Below, in pieces: positions 38,390 through 48,740 of a stretch of 64,000 nucleotides of DNA; the first letter of the stretch is position 1, and each line of letters starts with the position of its first letter. The DNA lies in NCBI GenBank assembly GCA_021414205.1, contig JAIOOW010000002.1:18692-82691 (forward strand). The letters are read 5' to 3'. The stretch comes from Candidatus Anderseniibacteriota bacterium. GTDB taxonomy: Bacteria; Patescibacteriota; Andersenbacteria; UBA10190. A program made the translations under genes and the position numbers. Below the pieces are notes generated by a model. That model was not told where the DNA came from, made no database searches, and was given only the letters and a program-made list of their open reading frames with translations.

Positions 38390-40095
38390 TTCAGTTGGCG
38401 TTTTTTTGGCCACCATAACATACCTCCCACTAGGCAACCAATCAAAGAAATAACCACTCCCCAATACACCGTATTGGGATTGTACCTCAACGTAATATCA
38501 TGTATTCCAACTGCGACAGGGATAGCAATAACGCCATGGTAATTTTCAACTGCACCCCCTGAACTTGCTGTCCACCCAGGGTAATAATTCTGATTTATAA
38601 TAACCCGTGTCGCTGACTGAATATTCGCATGAATACTATATTCACTTCTGGCATTCATGCTATATGAAATAGTTCCGGCATTTGCATCATCCGCGTATAC
38701 TTCTCCGCGAGAAATATATCTCGGATCCGTTTCATCAATTGCCCGAGAATACGGCCCCATCTGGTAGAACCTGCACACATCATTCGTTCCCCTATTTTCC
38801 AAATAATCTATATAGACTGCGCGATAATACGCTTCATCACCAGAAGTATATGCATGACTTACTCTCCGAAACGTTGTTTCAGTGTGCATTTCCGGAAGAG
38901 GAACAGTAAATGTTCTAGAGAAGAGTGTTGCGTCGTTTGAAACAAGATCTAATGTAATGACAAAAATTATCAACGATTTTATTCCAATCTTAATTCGAGA
39001 TGAAGATATAGTATCAATCGTATACCCAGCAACAAGCGCAATTCCAAATACACTAAACAACAACACCCTGCTAGGCATACGGAATAAGTCAAATATGTGG
39101 CTTATAAATCCATGAGTAATAGGCAACGGAAGAAAAGCAATAATAGCCATCACGATACTTGCAACCAAGAACGATCTATATTCCTGCCATATCTTTTTAC
39201 GAAGCATGAAAGCGCCAAATAAAGTCAGAACGCCCGCCACAACCCCGATATATGCATCAAATTCTCCCCATCGAATTGTTTGCCCTGCGCTTATAACAGG
39301 CCCTAACAAGCCCCTTCCAAAAAGTATCTCAGGAAGCATTGTGAGTGCTGGCGCAAATCCTTCCCGAGAACTTATTGCCGTAAGGAGAGAAAGCGCCGGG
39401 AGAAGCTTTGCGGCAGATAGAATTATGAAAAATATACCCATCGCCATCCAAATTGCGACGCGTCGGAAAAACTTGTTTTTAACAATGGGGAATGCATACA
39501 TGATTCCCATAAACAACATGCTATATACGGCCAAATGCATACTTCCAGCACCGAACATGAACGCCAGCATTAATCCAGCAAGAGGAATGAATTTCAAATT
39601 TTTCAACGCCAACATCGCGAATAATAAAAACCACGGGACATACGCGCTCGCAACCCACACATAATACCCTTCTGCCAAATGCGCTGACACATATCCGCTA
39701 AACGCTAAAATGATTGCAAATAACACAGCCCCTGCAATCTTGAATTTTAAAATGATTCGAGCAAATACATAAAAGCCTATAAACGAACTGAGGAGTACGA
39801 GTGTATACGCTATCTTCATCGCCAATACCTCAGAAAACGGAATGGTCAGAAAAAATATCGGGTGCAGAAACCACGATTCCAAGTCTCCAATAAGCGGCAT
39901 GCCTCCGCAAACGTATTGATTCCAAGCAGGCAAATGGCCGCTGAGTATATCTCGCTTCGCAATTGCGTTATATATAAGGCCCCTGTTTACGTCCCCGTGA
40001 TTACTTATATAGTTCGGGTGATCATACAACGAAGCTGTTGCGATTCCCGCAAGCAACAGCCCTACGAATGAAATAACTACAAATTCTTTGCGCAT
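38386..40095 (-). CDS. YfhO-like GT-C membrane protein
   Basis: 'HGDVNR', 'LPAWNQYVCGGMP', 'INQNYYPGW'. Confidence 0.78.
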   Translation of the reverse strand: MRKEFVVISFVGLLLAGIATASLYDHPNYISNHGDVNRGLIYNAIAKRDILSGHLPAWNQYVCGGMPLIGDLESWFLHPIFFLTIPFSEVLAMKIAYTLVLLSSFIGFYVFARIILKFKIAGAVLFAIILAFSGYVSAHLAEGYYVWVASAYVPWFLLFAMLALKNLKFIPLAGLMLAFMFGAGSMHLAVYSMLFMGIMYAFPIVKNKFFRRVAIWMAMGIFFIILSAAKLLPALSLLTAISSREGFAPALTMLPEILFGRGLLGPVISAGQTIRWGEFDAYIGVVAGVLTLFGAFMLRKKIWQEYRSFLVASIVMAIIAFLPLPITHGFISHIFDLFRMPSRVLLFSVFGIALVAGYTIDTISSSRIKIGIKSLIIFVITLDLVSNDATLFSRTFTVPLPEMHTETTFRRVSHAYTSGDEAYYRAVYIDYLENRGTNDVCRFYQMGPYSRAIDETDPRYISRGEVYADDANAGTISYSMNARSEYSIHANIQSATRVIINQNYYPGWTASSGGAVENYHGVIAIPVAVGIHDITLRYNPNTVYWGVVISLIGCLVGGMLWWPKKRQLN

Positions 40096-40691
40096 AGAAT
40101 TATCAATACGATTATTCCGATTATTGGCACTACAGATGACTTTAACATTGCAAGAACATGATTCTTCTGCGGATCATGGTACAGCGTCAGCGCAATGTTC
40201 CCATGTCGAGTATCAAGTACTTTCCACTGACTGCCTTGTAACGCATATTGCGTAACCGTTCCAGATAAATTCGCATATTTTCCAAATGCAGTAGCAAGGG
40301 CAATATCTCTAGTCTTTTCTATTCCAGAAAATACAAATTCAAGCGTAATATCCCCAGAAATTCCCGAACCAGGCAACGCAAATATAACATCTGAAGAAAT
40401 ATACTGATCCTGCTGCGTAATAACCTTGCTATCTTTAAGAACAGTGAGATGAATTATTCCGGATTCGCTAGGCTGTCCAATATACACTGGCAATTCTATG
40501 CTATTTGCAGATTGCTCTAACGTAATCTCCTGGTCTATCTTCGTATCATTCGTAACTGCAATACTCTTACTTACCCCATTCGCGGGCAAATCGAGAATAA
40601 GTTGTTTCGTATTATTTGCAGGCAAGTACCAGGCGTATAGAAATACGAATACTATCAAAACAACGAAAAATACATACCACGCACTACGCAT
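40077..40691 (-). CDS. Membrane-anchored protein with a free-standing extracytoplasmic beta-rich domain
   Basis: TM-domain-TM layout; 'IDQEITL...NSIELPVY...HGNIALTLY'. Confidence 0.72.
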   Translation of the reverse strand: MRSAWYVFFVVLIVFVFLYAWYLPANNTKQLILDLPANGVSKSIAVTNDTKIDQEITLEQSANSIELPVYIGQPSESGIIHLTVLKDSKVITQQDQYISSDVIFALPGSGISGDITLEFVFSGIEKTRDIALATAFGKYANLSGTVTQYALQGSQWKVLDTRHGNIALTLYHDPQKNHVLAMLKSSVVPIIGIIVLIILCAKNL

Positions 40692-40707
40692 GGTTGTAGT
40701 ATGCCTC

Positions 40708-41061
40708 TTAACTCTCTTGCTTCAAAAGGTTGTTAATGGAATCAAGAACAGGCTGTCTCTGGTCCTGCAGGTTATATATGTCCTGCAATCGATCCGGATA
40801 AGTCGGCTGTTTATGGTTATATAACGAATCTTCCGAATATAATAAGTCGTTCGTAGAGCCAATAATCTGCGCATCGTAGTTCACGATTGTCTTTGCTAAT
40901 GCTTGGCACTGCAACAAGCTTGTCTGAGTCTGTATTTCAGAAGGACTTTTTTCGATAGCAACCTGCGTTCTTGGCACGTCTTTATACATAAAATCCACGA
41001 AAAAGACTCCCGCCATAAAGGAGACGAGCACGGGAAATAGAAGATAATATCGATTAGTCAT
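40708..41061 (-). CDS. Hypothetical single-TM protein with a helical C-terminus (117 aa, MTNRYYLL...)
   Basis: Start moved to ATG 41061 because the longer ORF overlaps the divergent gene; N-terminal TM. Confidence 0.65.
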   Translation of the reverse strand: MTNRYYLLFPVLVSFMAGVFFVDFMYKDVPRTQVAIEKSPSEIQTQTSLLQCQALAKTIVNYDAQIIGSTNDLLYSEDSLYNHKQPTYPDRLQDIYNLQDQRQPVLDSINNLLKQES

Positions 41062-41140
41062 ATAAAACGTATCATTATTGCCTATATATTCATATTTGTC
41101 AAGTTTTTTGTGGGTAAGTATGCATGCTACTGTAGTATTA

Positions 41141-43279
41141 ATGAGAAACATCAAAAAACAGGCTAAACTAGCGATATTTGCGATTATTGGGCTTTCCGCA
41201 TGCGCCCTATTCAGTATGCGCGCCCAGGAACACCAATTACCCCCTAGAACGCCAGATTCTATCCATAAGCACCAAGTATTCGCCTCGTATCCACTCACAG
41301 AGCAATTCACGGCACTGTCTCGCGGGCTGTCTGCTGTTGGGGTGTATGCAGAATCTTCAAACCCAGAAGCAACCGCCCATGTAGCACTGCGCGATATTGC
41401 CAATGATCGCATTGTTTTGCAGCGAGACGTGCCAGTTAAAAGCTTGGGACACGTACCCATCCCTCGCCAAGCAATGAGCGCGGGGCAACGATACAGTATT
41501 ACTATCAGCGCAGAAGAACTCACGAAGACGCATGCAATAAAAATTGCGTATCAATCGGATGCCACATTAGATCCAACAAGCGTTGTCACTCAAGCAGGAG
41601 TTATAAAACAAGGATCGTTAGGATTAATTGAATATGAACGACCGACTATAGCACTACAATTAACTCGCTGGCTTTTACTCCCCCATCAAAGAGGATTATG
41701 GCTTGGGGTCATGATATGTGCAGCTGCAATTTTTCTCATACGGAAAAATTCCTTCAAAGCCCCGGCCAGCAGAGAGGTCATAGTAACGCGAGATAGAAAA
41801 AAATATGCATACTTTGCGATCATAATTATTGCATCGCTTGTAATATACTGGCCCGCCACGCATTTATTTTTTTATAGTGACGATGTACCCATCCTTGTTC
41901 GAGTCGCCCAGTTGTGGCAGCACAATCCATTATTACTCCTTACTCCTCATAGATATACAGACTCAGATCCAGCATCTCAGTTTGGTTTCGATTTTTACCG
42001 ACCGATAAGCTTTTCACTATACCCCCTTGCACTCCATCTTATTTTTCCACCCAATGCTAGTCTGTATTATTTCTTAAATATTTCACTGTTCTCAGGAATA
42101 GCATGTTGTTTATTTGCGATAGCAAGTCGCATAACCGCATCTCGCCCCGCAAGCTTGCTCGCGGTTGCTCTATGGATGTCTCACAGTTCCAAACTCGGAC
42201 TTTTATACTGGTGGAGTTCTGTACAGGATTTATTGGCTTCATTGTTTGCAATGTTGTCAGTTGTTCTCTATTTCAAATGGAAAGATTCGCGAAATACAAA
42301 AATAGTGTATGCCAGTATCGCTTCGTTTGGCATTGCGTTATTCTCAAAAGAATATGTGATCGTTCTACCAATTGCGCTGGCGGGCATTGAACTTGTATCG
42401 GGTAGTTCTAGAACGAAAGTAAAGCAAATAGTGACAAACATATTGCCATACATACTGATGGCCGGTATTTTCCTCGTCATAAATACCGCAGTACTTGGAG
42501 ACCCAACACTCCCCGAACATAAGCATACAGACAAAACATATGCGCTCTCGGCAAACCCCATAAATATTATTCGAAATATCGTTGTATATACCAGCTTTAC
42601 CGCGGAGCAGCGATTATGGCCCCAATATGCATCTACAAATAATTTGGAATCCTTTTTATCAAATAAACTAGAGCTTTGGAGGCTCAAAACTGCAGGGCCA
42701 TACTACCCGGGAGTGGTTATTATCGGGATAGCGATAGCGAGCATCATTATATATTGGAAGAATAAACAAACGAGAAATATATTGTTGTTGAGCTACACAT
42801 GGTGGATAGTATTTATTGGGCCGTTTCTCCTTTTTACAAGCGATTGGCGTTCTCGGTGGTTGACATTATCTATATTCGGAATAAGCCTGGTCATTGTCAC
42901 TATCTTACAGCGTATTATTCCTAAAAAATTACCTATTAGTTGGTATGCGCTATGCATTATCGTATGTATGTACGGATTTATCACAGCGCGAAACCCGGAG
43001 CTTACCCGATTTTTCCGCGAACAATCTGCATATACACAATATGCATATCAACAATTACTTCATGAAGAAATAAATACGCCGCAAGAAAAAAGGATTATTC
43101 TTATAGGCATCGTCCCTGATCAAGAAACGAGCTTAAACGCATATCTATTTAGACTGTATGCAAAAAATCCGAACGCAGATATTATATATGCAGCAACAAT
43201 GCCTGAAAAAAAAGAGCAGGGTGATGTTATTATTAATATGACGGGTATAGTTCCGTATTATCCAGAAAGCGAAAAATAA
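41141..43279 (+). CDS. GT-C (ArnT/PMT-like) membrane protein with an N-terminal beta-rich domain
   Basis: 'FFYSDD', 'FYRP', 'LFSKE'; N-terminal domain 'LTEQFTA...LSAVGV...GSLGLIEY'. Confidence 0.75.
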   Translation: MRNIKKQAKLAIFAIIGLSACALFSMRAQEHQLPPRTPDSIHKHQVFASYPLTEQFTALSRGLSAVGVYAESSNPEATAHVALRDIANDRIVLQRDVPVKSLGHVPIPRQAMSAGQRYSITISAEELTKTHAIKIAYQSDATLDPTSVVTQAGVIKQGSLGLIEYERPTIALQLTRWLLLPHQRGLWLGVMICAAAIFLIRKNSFKAPASREVIVTRDRKKYAYFAIIIIASLVIYWPATHLFFYSDDVPILVRVAQLWQHNPLLLLTPHRYTDSDPASQFGFDFYRPISFSLYPLALHLIFPPNASLYYFLNISLFSGIACCLFAIASRITASRPASLLAVALWMSHSSKLGLLYWWSSVQDLLASLFAMLSVVLYFKWKDSRNTKIVYASIASFGIALFSKEYVIVLPIALAGIELVSGSSRTKVKQIVTNILPYILMAGIFLVINTAVLGDPTLPEHKHTDKTYALSANPINIIRNIVVYTSFTAEQRLWPQYASTNNLESFLSNKLELWRLKTAGPYYPGVVIIGIAIASIIIYWKNKQTRNILLLSYTWWIVFIGPFLLFTSDWRSRWLTLSIFGISLVIVTILQRIIPKKLPISWYALCIIVCMYGFITARNPELTRFFREQSAYTQYAYQQLLHEEINTPQEKRIILIGIVPDQETSLNAYLFRLYAKNPNADIIYAATMPEKKEQGDVIINMTGIVPYYPESEK

Positions 43280-43283
43280 CCTA

Positions 43284-46061
43284 ATGACTATCAAGCCTCA
43301 ATTTATCGGAATCGGACTCGTACTTATCACCTGGCTGACATTTTTCAGCCCTATTATTTCCGGTCAACAAATGTATTTCTTAGATGATTTAAAAATCATC
43401 TACTACCCCATCGAAACAATCTACGCGCAGTTTCAGCACCACTGGCAATTGCCGCTATGGAGCAATGAGTTCGGATTCGGCCAGCCTCTTTTGGAGTGGG
43501 GGCAATTAGGATTTTTCACACCCGTACACGTACTGCTCAGAGCTTTATACGTCCCGCCTTTAATACTTCTTCAAGCATCTGTGGTTATTTATTTCTTAAT
43601 CGGCAGCGTAAGCATGTACGCATACTTGCGCAGAAGATTATTTCACCCTGCAGCAGCTAGCCTAGGAGCAATTTTGTTTGCGTATTGCGGGTTCATGATT
43701 GGCCACTTGAACCATGTGAATTTTTATACCAGCACTATGCTGTTGCCATTACTGCTTATTACCATAGATATTTTTCTTGCCAAAGCCACGCTTAAAAATT
43801 CAGCAACTATTGCCATTACTGCAGCTGCTGTTGCAATGAGCGGACAGCCGCAAGTTGTGGCCTACGTCTTTTTCATAGCAGGGGTTATCGGTCTCACAAC
43901 ATTTATTCCAACTATCAAACATAATATAAAAGGAGCTGGTAAAAAAATTGCACTTACTATTTTTGCTGGAATTTTAGGCTTCTGCCTTTCCGCTTTAGCA
44001 ATTCTGCCGTTGCAAGAATTCGTGCCGGAAACAGAACGCGCTGGCGGATTGCCGTATACTGAACTGTTTGAATTCAGTTACCCGCCATACGAAACAATTA
44101 CGCTGCTATTTCCATACTTCTTTGGCGATCATGACCACTATAACGGCCCGAAGGGCTTCCAGGAGCTTGCAGCATATACAGGAATTATTCCTATCATGCT
44201 TGCCGGAATTGCCCTAACATCGTGGAAGAAAAGAAAGGTTGAACGAATCGCAGGCATTATATTAGTTATCACTGGTATAGCGCTCGTGTTGGGCCAATAC
44301 TCGTTCATATATCACTACTTAGTAGACAATCACTATATTCAAACCGTAGGGGTTGTTGGCAGATTCGTCTTCTTCTTTGATATAGGAATACTCCTCCTTG
44401 CCGTTGCCGGACTGCAAGACATCATAGAACAAGTATCAGGAACCGCATTATCAAAAACACTGCGAATTGCCGTGGGAATTATTACCCCAGTACTTTTAAT
44501 AGCTGCGCCATTCTGGATGTATGCAACGCAGGACGCGAACGCGTTTCCTCATCTTCAAGAACTAGCATCCTTACACCACATCACCATCTGGCTCATCATT
44601 ACTGGCATTACTACAGTAATCGCATCATTTTTTTCAAGAAAAATACTTTGGGCTATCCCGGTCGTTGCAGCAGTCACGTTACTTGCCTACGGATGGAATT
44701 ACAATCCTAGAGTTTCGACCCACGAGGCGCTCAGCACTTCTCCGTTCATAGCAGACCTCTCTCAATTCAAAATAGCAACTGGCCTGCCCGCTCGATTATA
44801 TGCGGCGGAACACCTTCCCGTTACAGGAAACCCTCATGTAAAAATTACGCTCTCGGATTATATCTCTCCGAAGTTTTCAGTGTTTCAACCTCTTCAAGTA
44901 TTGCGACCTAACTTGTCCTGCTTAGTAGTGCCTATCCAATCCGACTCTGCTCAGGTAACGCATCTTACGGTAATGCTTCGATCCGGCTTCGACGGAACAA
45001 TTTGGTATCAAACAAGCATTTCTTCAGAAGATGCATTTAAAAATACGGACCAAACAATCTGCTTCCCGCAGATACCGCAAAGCGATCAGCAAAACCTCAT
45101 GCTTTCCTTTACCAGCGACGAAACTACTAATATGAAGGTGTTTGTAAGCCCGAGCATTAACAGCCAATCAAACGTATACTTTATGAGAGTACAGAAGCCC
45201 TCACCGCGGCAAATTACAGAATCCAAAAAGCCGCTTAGCGTTCAATACACTGCTCAATATCCGCTTAAAAATGACTTGGAAAACTCATTGCTTGTGCGCA
45301 ACATGCAAGCGCTTGCAGGGGCTTCAAGTGCGCGCTGGATTGGAGCATTATCGATTAGGCCATATCGCGCATTCGTAGACGGATTCTTTGCAAACGACTC
45401 CGACGCATTCGATGGAGATGGTATTCACGCCCTAACGCGCAACAGATCGCTCGTAAACTTAGTAGGCATTACGCACTTTACGCAATCGCTTGATTATGGA
45501 CAAACAAACGACCCAATGGTTGATGCTGGATACAAAGTTGTCGATACGGCTGACACAGGGGATAATAACGTTCGACTGTACGAGAATACAAATGCATACC
45601 CTAAAGCATTTATGGTTCCTCATGCACAATTTATAGCAGCCGACGACGACACAAGAGCACTAATGCGAGACCCAAAGCTCGATCCTAAATCTCTTGTATA
45701 CATTTCCGCACCAACGCCTCCAGATCTGACAGATAATCAGCCAAATATTACCATGCAAGCATCTGCAACTATTACCAAATACTCAGAAACGCGCGTGGAT
45801 GTACATGTAGACACAAATAAAACGGCATATCTCGTACTCAATGACGCTACTCTTCCGCAATGGCAAACATACATCGACGATAAACCAGCCCCTCAGATGA
45901 AAGCGGATACTATGTTCAAGGCAGCCCAAGTACCTGCAGGATCGCACGTTGTATCGTTTAGATACTCATCACCTGCTACGAAGAAAGCGGAAATACTTAC
46001 CATAATAGGCATCGTTATCTGTATTGCGATCTACTCTAGCGGATTGGTGCGAAAAAAATAA
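43284..46061 (+). CDS. YfhO family GT-C membrane protein with an inserted beta-rich domain
   Basis: 'FLDDLKIIYYP', 'LPLWSNEFGFGQP', C-terminal 'PQWQTYIDD...VPAGSHVVSFRY'. Confidence 0.82.
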   Translation: MTIKPQFIGIGLVLITWLTFFSPIISGQQMYFLDDLKIIYYPIETIYAQFQHHWQLPLWSNEFGFGQPLLEWGQLGFFTPVHVLLRALYVPPLILLQASVVIYFLIGSVSMYAYLRRRLFHPAAASLGAILFAYCGFMIGHLNHVNFYTSTMLLPLLLITIDIFLAKATLKNSATIAITAAAVAMSGQPQVVAYVFFIAGVIGLTTFIPTIKHNIKGAGKKIALTIFAGILGFCLSALAILPLQEFVPETERAGGLPYTELFEFSYPPYETITLLFPYFFGDHDHYNGPKGFQELAAYTGIIPIMLAGIALTSWKKRKVERIAGIILVITGIALVLGQYSFIYHYLVDNHYIQTVGVVGRFVFFFDIGILLLAVAGLQDIIEQVSGTALSKTLRIAVGIITPVLLIAAPFWMYATQDANAFPHLQELASLHHITIWLIITGITTVIASFFSRKILWAIPVVAAVTLLAYGWNYNPRVSTHEALSTSPFIADLSQFKIATGLPARLYAAEHLPVTGNPHVKITLSDYISPKFSVFQPLQVLRPNLSCLVVPIQSDSAQVTHLTVMLRSGFDGTIWYQTSISSEDAFKNTDQTICFPQIPQSDQQNLMLSFTSDETTNMKVFVSPSINSQSNVYFMRVQKPSPRQITESKKPLSVQYTAQYPLKNDLENSLLVRNMQALAGASSARWIGALSIRPYRAFVDGFFANDSDAFDGDGIHALTRNRSLVNLVGITHFTQSLDYGQTNDPMVDAGYKVVDTADTGDNNVRLYENTNAYPKAFMVPHAQFIAADDDTRALMRDPKLDPKSLVYISAPTPPDLTDNQPNITMQASATITKYSETRVDVHVDTNKTAYLVLNDATLPQWQTYIDDKPAPQMKADTMFKAAQVPAGSHVVSFRYSSPATKKAEILTIIGIVICIAIYSSGLVRKK

Positions 46062-46064
46062 TAC

Positions 46065-48107
46065 TTATTTCAGCAATTTCTCCTCTAGTTCTGTAGAAAT
46101 TTTATCCTGAGTATCGTGGTAAAGCAGCTGAACAGCCATTGTTCCTGTTTTCTGCTTCGCTTCAAGCGGATTACCTGTTCGAGAAATATAAATCGGCGTT
46201 GTACGAATATCTGCTTGAGAATATCTAATAGAAGGGTACGGGTCTGTGGTTCCAGCCCCTCGAATACTTACAAATAGATGATCGCCTTTTGCAACCTGTA
46301 CAGAATCCGGAAATAGCACTTGCTCCCATTGCGTATCTTTTACGTCGGTAACTGAAATATTTTTCGTAAATAATGCGGGGCCGTTCAGAGTCTTCGAAAC
46401 ACTCATGACAAACGAACCGGTATCGGACTTTCCAAAATGAGTCGCTGGCAAAAATTGGAAGCCTGCGAGGTTATTATGATCCACGTTTACTTCCTGTATA
46501 CCAATCGTACTTGCATCAAGATTTCCAAGCGTGCTGGTATAGCTCGGCTTCGCATACACCCATGCATATTCTTTCCCCGCAACTTTTACAACGTATACCG
46601 GGATTTGCTTCTTATAATATTCATCAATGAAATCATTAGAGTAATAACTTGGCGCTCGTCCAAACATATTCTGGTACAGAACAATAAATTGCACAGGATT
46701 CTGCGTGTGAGCATTAATATGCAGCACCGTAGCAGACGTGAATGTCCCTAACTCTTCCGGATACCACGAAACCACAACTGCATCAGGATGGTTTGCATTC
46801 AACCAGGCAGCAACTTGATCGAGCCCCTCTCCCCATCCTAATTCCTGACTCAAATTATCCCTAAAAAACGGATTACTATAAGCGATTTCGTACGGATGGT
46901 AGGAAATGATGACAGTGGCAAGGTAAACAACACAGATGAAAGCAGCTATCTTGTCATTCCCGCGAAGGCGAGAATCCAGACGTGGGTTCCGGATCAGGTC
47001 CGGGATAACAGACGCTATCCACATAACTCCATATGCAGCTAGTATGTCTAATGCGAAAAATGCCGCTAACACATAGCGATCCCCCTTCTTTGCGCCCAGC
47101 GTCATCATAATCGTGAATCCGATAAGATATACAGCTATTAATAGCATTTCTTTCGGCATTTTCTTTTTTGACACCAAAACAATCACCCCAGCAAGCCCTA
47201 TGATTCCGAAGACGAGCGTTACTGGATTCGATCGGTCAAGCAACGCATATGGATAATGCATTGGATCAAGATTGTAATCTTCCTCAGAATCGTGCGGAGT
47301 AACCACGGCATCTGAAATATCACGCTTCAACTCCAATACATTCCCAGAAGGATTTGGCACCCATAACAATGCAGGCCAAATAAGAAGCGTAATAACTACG
47401 CCCATCAGCACCCACGTAACAGCATCTCGAATTCTATCGCGTAAAAATGGCCACGAAATCATCTTTTTCGGATGATATACAGCTAACGCAACAATAATGA
47501 ATGGCAAAATAAATATGGCAGGTATTTTCGTAAGAATCGCCAGCACGGAAAGCACGGCGCTTGCGATAAGCCACGGGCGAGTAAGGTAGCGCGCATAGAG
47601 CATGCTCGCCAGCACAGCAAGCGTTAAAAAGCCACCCATAAGCACGTCTACGTGGACCACTCTCGAGTATCCAATAATAAACGGATCAAGTGTAATAAAG
47701 AGTGTCGCCAAAACAGCAAGAAAACGATTCCTTAGAATGAGTAGCAACAATACAAAGATTGCCGGGATTGCCAGCGAGTTTAATAATGCGATAGAAAATT
47801 GGGTAATTTTCACAAAATAGATTAAATTCGTATCCGCAAATTGAACATGGGAAACGGCTGACTTAAACATGACGGCAAGGCCAGATGCCCACAGCGTCGT
47901 AACGCCTGGATGAGTCGTCTGCAACATGTCGTTAAACCGCAAATCATGAAATGCGCGTACGAATTCATACGACCTGCCTATCCAATTTTTTTCATCTGCG
48001 GTTAAAAACGTTCCCAAACCCAATACTCTCGGCAAAAAAGCAATAAGAAACAATCCGACTGCCAAATATGCGTCTATTTTATGCCGTTTTAACAACGCTA
48101 AAATCAT
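46065..48107 (-). CDS. ArnT/GT39-like GT-C membrane protein with a C-terminal beta-rich domain
   Basis: 'LTADEKNW', 'HPGVT', 'VHVD', 'LTK', 'KKGDRY', 'GWGEGL'. Confidence 0.8.
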   Translation of the reverse strand: MILALLKRHKIDAYLAVGLFLIAFLPRVLGLGTFLTADEKNWIGRSYEFVRAFHDLRFNDMLQTTHPGVTTLWASGLAVMFKSAVSHVQFADTNLIYFVKITQFSIALLNSLAIPAIFVLLLLILRNRFLAVLATLFITLDPFIIGYSRVVHVDVLMGGFLTLAVLASMLYARYLTRPWLIASAVLSVLAILTKIPAIFILPFIIVALAVYHPKKMISWPFLRDRIRDAVTWVLMGVVITLLIWPALLWVPNPSGNVLELKRDISDAVVTPHDSEEDYNLDPMHYPYALLDRSNPVTLVFGIIGLAGVIVLVSKKKMPKEMLLIAVYLIGFTIMMTLGAKKGDRYVLAAFFALDILAAYGVMWIASVIPDLIRNPRLDSRLRGNDKIAAFICVVYLATVIISYHPYEIAYSNPFFRDNLSQELGWGEGLDQVAAWLNANHPDAVVVSWYPEELGTFTSATVLHINAHTQNPVQFIVLYQNMFGRAPSYYSNDFIDEYYKKQIPVYVVKVAGKEYAWVYAKPSYTSTLGNLDASTIGIQEVNVDHNNLAGFQFLPATHFGKSDTGSFVMSVSKTLNGPALFTKNISVTDVKDTQWEQVLFPDSVQVAKGDHLFVSIRGAGTTDPYPSIRYSQADIRTTPIYISRTGNPLEAKQKTGTMAVQLLYHDTQDKISTELEEKLLK
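46952..47010. repeat. REP/RPE-like palindromic element inserted in frame
   Basis: TGTCATTCCCGCGAAGGCGAGAATCCAG-ACG-TGGGTTCCGGATCAGGTCCGGGATAACA; two internal hairpins and imperfect terminal inverted repeats; GC-rich; translates to VIPDLIRNPRLDSRLRGND. Confidence 0.8.
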
Positions 48108-48123
48108 GCAAAAAGTGTACCAT

Positions 48124-48171
48124 AAAAAAAAGAAGCTCCTGCAAGCTGGAACTTTCCATGCTTGCAGGAGC
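48124..48171 (-). terminator. Rho-independent terminator after the 48193-48681 orphan
   Basis: Perfect 12-bp stem GCTCCTGCAAGC/GCTTGCAGGAGC followed by TTC and T8 on the minus strand. Confidence 0.8.
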
Positions 48172-48192
48172 ATATTAACGCAACATCAACTG

Positions 48193-48681
48193 CTAGATGT
48201 AAAACAACGCGCCGAATCGTTGATCAGGAACCCTGCTCGTAGGGTCATGATGAGTAAACAAGTGCGCCATGCGTCGCAATTCATCCTCAGCATCCACCAA
48301 GGAGATAGCTCCTTGTCGACTCAAAAAAACAATTCGATTATCGACCGCAACTCCCGAGCATACTCCAAGTGCAATAAACAATTCATTCTGCATTAATGGG
48401 CACAGCAATTCCCAGGGAGCTGGCTTCAAGCGTTGCATATTCGTACGAGCCCGCAGTTCGCCCCAAGAGTTAAAATCCCCCATCACCTGAACCAGGGAGT
48501 AATCCCCCGATTTCATCGTGATTTTAGGAATACGACCGAGTGTATCGCCCCCAAAAAAATGCACTCCTTGCCACTGTGCAATATATTCTTCAATACTACT
48601 CGGATCAGCCGGTACCTCAATTCTAACCCTCCCCAAGCTCATTACCGCAACATCAGAATTCTGAAGCACTGCGCTCGACAT
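48193..48681 (-). CDS. Hypothetical protein (orphan)
   Basis: 162-aa ORF with SD AAGGAAGGAG, its own promoter and a terminator. Confidence 0.78.
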   Translation of the reverse strand: MSSAVLQNSDVAVMSLGRVRIEVPADPSSIEEYIAQWQGVHFFGGDTLGRIPKITMKSGDYSLVQVMGDFNSWGELRARTNMQRLKPAPWELLCPLMQNELFIALGVCSGVAVDNRIVFLSRQGAISLVDAEDELRRMAHLFTHHDPTSRVPDQRFGALFYI

Positions 48682-48740
48682 TCTATCTAGCTCCTTCCTT
48701 CGTTTTTAAAACAGCTGCCACCAAACCAATCGTGCTAGCT

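Noticed and set aside
41062-41523. N-terminal 154 codons of the 271-aa ORF 40708-41523
   Set aside because: Mostly antisense to the GT-C gene starting at 41141; the plausible protein begins at ATG 41061.
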